A stretch of DNA of 64,000 bases. Origin: Lytechinus pictus (Eukaryota). Below are positions 58,301 to 64,000 of this stretch, in pieces. The notes under the pieces are model-generated. The model did no database searches. It was not told where the DNA came from and was given only the letters and a program-made list of their open reading frames with translations. The stretch is taken from positions 26,786,001 through 26,850,000 of the forward strand of contig NC_087245.1 in the NCBI RefSeq assembly GCF_037042905.1, written 5' to 3'. A program made the translations under genes and the position numbers. Position 1 is the first letter of the stretch. Every line of letters begins with the position of its first letter.

Positions 58301-59560
58301 TTAGTGAAATGATAGAGAAGAAGCATTTTTTGTGATTTATGAATAAATTTCATATAGATTTATAAGCATAAATAATTTTCTAGTCAAAATTTCGAAAATT
58401 CTGTCTAGAATCTTGTTGAATGTCATAGCTCGCAGATGGAACAAAAAAAATCAAAATCGGTCAACAAATAAATAAGAATTTATTTGAGATTATGAATAAA
58501 ATTTGCATAAATTAGCATAAGTAATTTTTTAGTAAAAATATTCTGTGTACAAGTTTGGTGAACCTCATGCAGCTCTACCAGATGGAACAAAAAAAATCCA
58601 AATTGGTCAATAACATAAAGAAGGGCATTTTCTGTGAATCATTATTAGCATAAATGTAGCTCTCAGATGGAACAAAAAAATCAAAATCGGTCAACAAATA
58701 AATAAGAATTTATTTGTGATTATGAATAAAAAAACATTGTTTCTGGGGATTTATTCAACAATTTCTGACATTTTACTATAATCCCCATTCACCGACGGTA
58801 GTGTGTTAGTGCGAGCCTGCATGTGAAATCTGGTCAGCAATTCGGAGGACCGGTTTTGTCCAGATTTTAATTTCTTTTAGATTCTAAATGACATTATATT
58901 ATCTTGAACACGAAGGCCCACTATTTTCGTTAGACTCTAATCTTTCTTTTGATACAATGTAAGTTCTATAAAATATCGAAAATATACGTTATCGATGAGT
59001 TATTCCCCGGGTTATTCCTTATTTTTTTAATTTTCTGCCGGAGAGGAAAAAATGGCGTGTGTGTGTGTGTGTGTATTTGAGTTTTGTCAGACGTGTATCA
59101 ATCAGATATGATTATTTACGTCTGGGACCGACCTTTAACGTCACCATCCGAAAGACGTGACCAGGGCTCGAACCTCTGCATCAATTTGTAACTTCCCCGC
59201 ATAGCTTGGATTACAGGCGCACGCCACAACGCCCAGCCCTCAACGAGTTGTGCTTTTATCAAGGCTTTCCGATTAAATTTTCGATATCCTGGCCAATCAA
59301 TGCGAGTTCCGAACGCACGCACATCTACAAGCGCAAAGCAGCAGCACAAATCGCGATATATAGCGACTGGTAAATACGTCTGTAAGGATGATGACGTCAT
59401 CAAAGGTGGCAACTTACAGACCAACGAAAGGATCGAAGATGACGATGTTTCGATCATCATTTGAAAGGAATTAGCGGTAACTGCGGTCTAAGGTACGATA
59501 TTTCTGAATTTTAAACATTTTTTCTTAAATATGGATGTGATTTCTTTTTCATAATGTGAC
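55336..59560. repeat. Tandem array, 1245-bp unit, ~3.3 copies, plus a diverged partial copy at ~54700-55020
   Basis: Identical ORFs at 56528 and 57773 give the period; units are near-identical; the last partial unit is more diverged. Confidence 0.92.
59057..59237 (-). mobile_element. Candidate 7SL (Alu-domain)-derived SINE with (CA)n tail
   Basis: Minus strand GCTGGGCGTTGTGGCGTGCGCCTGTAATCCAAGCTATGCGGG; B box GGTTCGAGCC; absent from the other array units. Confidence 0.7.
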
Positions 59561-60174
59561 ATTTTATGTACAAAAAAATGATCGGAAAATCAGTTTTCCG
59601 CCGAATGTTAGATCTAACGTTACTGCTAGTAATAGTATAGTATTGCTAATACGTTATACGTACGGGCCTCCAAGCTCTATGTATTGGTGAGTAAGCCAAC
59701 GCAGTTCAGCGGAACAACCAAAATACAGAGACTGAAGCTTTTGGTCTACACTTATTAATAATAATATTATCTGTCTCTGGAAGAATAAGACAGCACACAC
59801 AGAAAATAGCACAAGGGACTAGGAGTAGGACCATGCTAAGTAACATAACAACCTACCAAAACATCCAGAGATAGATGTCTATACTAATTTGCTTACATAC
59901 TGACTTGCCAGCAAGAACTCATTCTTACCTCGACATGTAGCTGCAATTGTTTAAACGTTGACACGACGAGATTTCTTTTCAGCTTTCCATTCATTCATCT
60001 GCCTTTTTCTTGACTCCGATCCCGAGGCCGAGTGACGGGTCCGATCAGCAACAAACATTAACTTTCTGAAAAAAACTACCGCATGTCACAAGAGGGCAGT
60101 ATACCCCCAGCGCAATAGTGTCCCTGTATAGAACACTACAGCGCAAGGCCCTATATAAATGGTATGAACAGGCG

Positions 60175-60760
60175 CATGGGTGTCGATCAGGGGGTGGGGG
60201 ATATATCCCCCCAATATTTCAAGTGGGGGGGGGGGGGGATGGCCTGTATTATCATCCCCTTCAATAATTTAGGGTAGAAAAATTATAATAATGATGATGA
60301 AAAAATGAAAAGTTTGATCATGATGATTATAGTGATGATCATGATGATTAAAGTATGCCATCAATCAGTTTGTTTCCCTCGCAATTTGTGTATATTGTTA
60401 TTAAGTAAAAACATTCTTTTCCAGGACTTTTAAACAGATGGGTGGAGGTTCAAGATGAAAAGAAATTTACTTCTCCAACATCCCAGGAAAAGATCATTCA
60501 AATCATTGCACACAAAGTATAGGCCGAGAAGTTGTTAAGAACATTGGAGAGCATGGCATATATGGAAACATGATTGATGGCACACAGGATGTTTCAGGAA
60601 TGGAGCAGGAAGCAATTTGCTTCAGACACATTGACACAAACTTTGATGTTCAAGAGAGTTTTGTGGGTTTGTACAACATCCCTGATACCTGCAGCGAAAC
60701 CATTGCAAACATGATATTTGATGTCATGACGCGTCTTCAGTTGAACCCCCGAAATCTCAG
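60175..60760 (+). pseudogene. hAT (ZMYM1/DUF4371-like) transposase relic with putative left end
   Basis: FTSPTSQEKII..., MIDGTQDVSGMEQ..CFRHID..ESFVGLY..NLRG; stop/frameshift near 60520; CATGGG terminus-like start at 60175; truncated by the Harbinger insertion. Confidence 0.7.
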
Positions 60761-60825
60761 GGGCGGTATTCTGAAAGCTCAATTAGCGCTCAATTAGCAT
60801 TTTGGTATTCTGAAGAGTCACTTAA

Positions 60826-61760
60826 GGACGTTCCACAGTTAAAGTGAAATCCATGTCATTTTCACCAAACTTTGCACATAAATACTTTAGAACCTTAATA
60901 TTCGAAATATGCAAAAATTAACATAGGTCCATGTGCTTGATTTTTTGCTATAGAGCTTCAAAGTTCACCCACATTGATGTTCTTAAGAATTGCGCTTTCA
61001 AAAGAATTTGGCATTTTTAGACCGCCCAAGATTACTACAATGAGTTTAAACCTCCATTACTCAGTCAAAATACATGAAAAAGTCATCAAATTTCGCAAGA
61101 GAGTTAATAATTGTATCGTTAGAATGGAGAATTTATTAATAGTGCTATTTGTTTGCAATATTAAGTTTAACAGCACTGTCAGTTCTTAAAAATGGCGTAA
61201 AAGTTAACAAAATCCCAATCTAAAAAATGTAAAATTTCAGTAACAAACTACAAACGTACAATAAATGCTGCACTTTATTCAAAATCCATGTCATTTTCAC
61301 CAAAATTTGCAGAGTTGTAGAGGAAGGTATACCTAAGAGGTACAAACATTAAAAAATAGGGGTTCATGTGCTTGTTTTTAAACTATCAGCATTTTTATTA
61401 GAGCAAATGTGCTTTTTAAAACACAAAAAATGGGCCGAATGCTTAGTATCTATGTGAAGAAAATATCAAAACCACTCTACCATTTATTCAAACTCGGGGT
61501 AATATATGTGATTCTTGGCAGCACTGCAGAGTAAAGTATTTTGAAATTGTAGATAATATTTTTTTGAATGGTCCATGAAATAATTCATTTTTTAGCTTCA
61601 TGAAATAACGCATCGGATCTGCAATTAAAGTGCAGAAGATGAGAAAAATCAGCTCATACCCGCAGCTAATTAATCACCTGTTCATCCATTGTGACGTCAG
61701 CGCGCAGCGTGTAAACTATGCGCAGATCATAATGCGCACAAATATAACTGTGGAACGTCC
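60826..61760. mobile_element. Kolobok-type TTAA MITE nested in the Harbinger
   Basis: TTAA-GGACGTTCCACAGTTA ... TAACTGTGGAACGTCC-TTAA. Confidence 0.8.
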
Positions 61761-61963
61761 TTAAGTGCCCCTTTCCTTATTTGGCAGGGTTGCGTTGCGC
61801 GCACTTGCAATAGTACGCGTTATGACCGCGCGAAGACTTAATTGAGTAGTTCAGAGACTTTTGGTATTCTGAAAAGTCTCATAGCGCTCAATTAACTATA
61901 TTTTCATTGGAAGGAGATAATTGTGCTTTAAGGTCTTTTAAATTGAAATCATCAAAAATCAAA

Positions 61964-62632
61964 ATGGCTGTTTTTCTCTTTGACCTCAATGACCACAGCA
62001 TGGCATACCGGAATCGCTATCATAATGTAGACAGATATTGCCTGGAGAAATGAATCGTTCTGATTTTCGAAAGAATTATAGGCTGAATTATGAAGAATAT
62101 GAGTGGTTGTGTGACTACATCCGTAATGACGAAGTATTTGAACGTAGACAGGAAAATGGAAGAGTGCTGTCAGTAGAACTAAAGGTGGCAGCAGCGCTGC
62201 GTTTTTTCGCTAGTGGCAGTTTTCAAAACGTTGTAGGGGACGTTGCTGGGATCAGTCAGCCTTCCCAAAGTAGGGCTGTTGCGGCTGTTACCGATGCAAT
62301 CACCCGCAAGGCTTCTGATTTCATCAATTTTACTTTAGAACCAACCGCAACAAGCAAATCAAACTTTGCAGCAATTGCTGGAATGCCCAATACAATTGGA
62401 TGTATTGATTGTACACATGTTTACATTCGTGCACCTCGAGAGAACGAGAACATATACGTCAACCGCAAGAATCGTCATTCAATTAATGTCCAAGGAATCG
62501 TGGATTCTAAAATGAGATTTGTTAACGTTGTGGCAAAATGGCCAGGGTCTTCTCATGATTCCTACATATGGGAAACAAGCAATGTTCTGAATGATTTCAG
62601 GATGGGAAGGATGCCACCAGGATGGTTATTGG
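61964..62632 (+). CDS. Harbinger (HARBI1-like) DDE transposase, first exon, apparent 1-nt frameshift near 62048
   Basis: ALRFFASGSFQ..VGD..GISQPS, GCIDCTH, YVNRK..HSINVQ, KWPGSSHDS, GWLLG, then a GT donor at 62633 where DSGY is expected. ATG 61964 is out of frame with the main ORF. Confidence 0.8.
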
Positions 62633-63621
62633 GTACGGATATATTTTTTTTCCCGATCATTTTAAGCATATTTCTCTGAAACTAAGAAAAGGTATTCCGG
62701 GCATATAGGCCTATACATTCAAACAAACGAAACGGACTACCGTATAAATAATAATTAAAAAAAGTGTAGGATATGGGAGGGGGCGGATGTCCGGACACTT
62801 TATATTTTTGAAGCCTTCTTTTTTTGTCTTTGGATTACACTAAAAATGTTAATTCAATAGTTGTAATCATCTTCTTTTTTTGTTATCGATAATATTTCCT
62901 AACATTTTGTACTAAAAACTTGATGAAACTTCAATTCGCTTGTAAATATTTCCAAATGACTTTCTAAAATTGATCGTCCGGATACAATAACTGGGTATAT
63001 ATGATTTTTGTAAATACTTTTTATCATCATTATTATTTGATCATGTTTGATTGCGTGATGGGTGCGTTTGTTAATCAATTCCATATAAAGCTCACTATCT
63101 CACAACGATCCATATTGGAAAGATGTACAAAATATACAAAATGTATAGAGCTTTCTAGGATAGCACACAGGGTGGGCATTAACCCGAATTTTACTATGGT
63201 CTCAACTTTATGCCATATCAAAATATTCCCCCAAAATCAATGAAACTGTCTTCACACTAAGTAATATTTTTGTTTCTCCCTTTATTTTTTTTATTTCTTT
63301 GTTTCTTTTTTACTTCGTACCTTTTTGAATTGATTTATTCACTTACTTCATGCAATCTATATATCCTTCCATCTCTTTGTTTTTGTGGCTTCTTCAACCC
63401 TTTCTCTTTCATTCAATTCCTTCTTTCAACACTCCCTTCCTTTGCATTCTTCCTTTCATCTTTCTGTCTTCATTCATTCCTCCCTTGCCTAATTAAAAAT
63501 TATTGGAAACAAAACGATACTCTTGGCAAGTATTCCCTTAAATGAACCACTTAACAAGTACAGCAATATTTTATTGTTATGTCACGGGTCGTCGGTTTTA
63601 CCATTACACATCATTTGGTTA

Positions 63622-64000
63622 AAGGACAAGTCTATCCCAACAAAAAGTTGATTTGAAAAAAGGAGAAAAATCCAACAAGCAAAACACTGAAAATTTCATC
63701 AAAATCGGATCTAAAATAAGAAAGTTATGATATTTTAAAGTTTTGCTTAATTTCACAAAACAGTTATATGCACATACTGGCTAGTATGCAGACGAGGAGA
63801 CTGATGACGTCACCCATTCACTATTTCTTTTGCATTTTATTACATGAAATATGAAATATTCTCATTTTCTCCTCCTTGTCAAGTGAAAGAGAGTTTTATT
63901 TCCCCCTGAACATGTGGAATTACCATTATTTTAATAGTTTATGGTCAAGTGAGGTTGGTCCTTAATTGTCAAATCTGTAAAAATTGAAATATTGTATTAT
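63622..64000. mobile_element. Kolobok-type MITE (runs off the window)
   Basis: TTAA-AGGACAAGTC.. start, same family as 51930-52474. Confidence 0.75.

Larger units (their letters stand above)
60761..64000 (+). mobile_element. Harbinger transposon (left end; continues beyond the window)
   Basis: CAG|GGGCGGTATTCTGAAAG terminus; repeated GGTATTCTGAA; contains a HARBI1-type transposase. Confidence 0.7.

Noticed and set aside
59190..59237. Human Alu contamination
   Set aside because: The body is not Alu (no dimer, no poly-A), and the insert is embedded in a native repeat unit that is empty in sister units.

Overview
AT-rich, repeat-dense animal genomic DNA. The repeat and gene content suggests an invertebrate deuterostome such as a sea urchin (inference). 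Two host genes converge tail-to-tail: a 3-exon METTL21A-type protein-lysine methyltransferase (+, 9817-17644, ~262 aa) and a 22-coding-exon nephrocystin-3/NPHP3 orthologue (-, 50305-21452, ~1299 aa, reconstructed by hand with consistent exon phases). Most of the rest is nested mobile DNA: an intact, very young Ty3/Gypsy element in METTL21A intron 1; a piggyBac-type element carrying a palindrome and a truncated RNase H LINE; Helentron-type (HINE) elements; two Academ-type elements; hAT, Harbinger and Kolobok-type MITEs; tRNA-derived SINEs; and a 1245-bp tandem array. Most notable observations: (1) a candidate 7SL/Alu-domain-headed SINE at 59057-59237 whose empty site is visible in neighbouring repeat units; (2) an Academ-type transposon in an NPHP3 (ciliary gene) intron whose arms carry ~16 RFX X-box-like motifs; (3) an 84-bp hammerhead-ribozyme-like insertion flanked by a 14-bp direct repeat; (4) a chimeric TIR-initiated RNase H ORF; (5) duplicated 'ghost' copies of an NPHP3 exon with independently mutated splice acceptors. 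All homology calls are from remembered family motifs; no searches were run.
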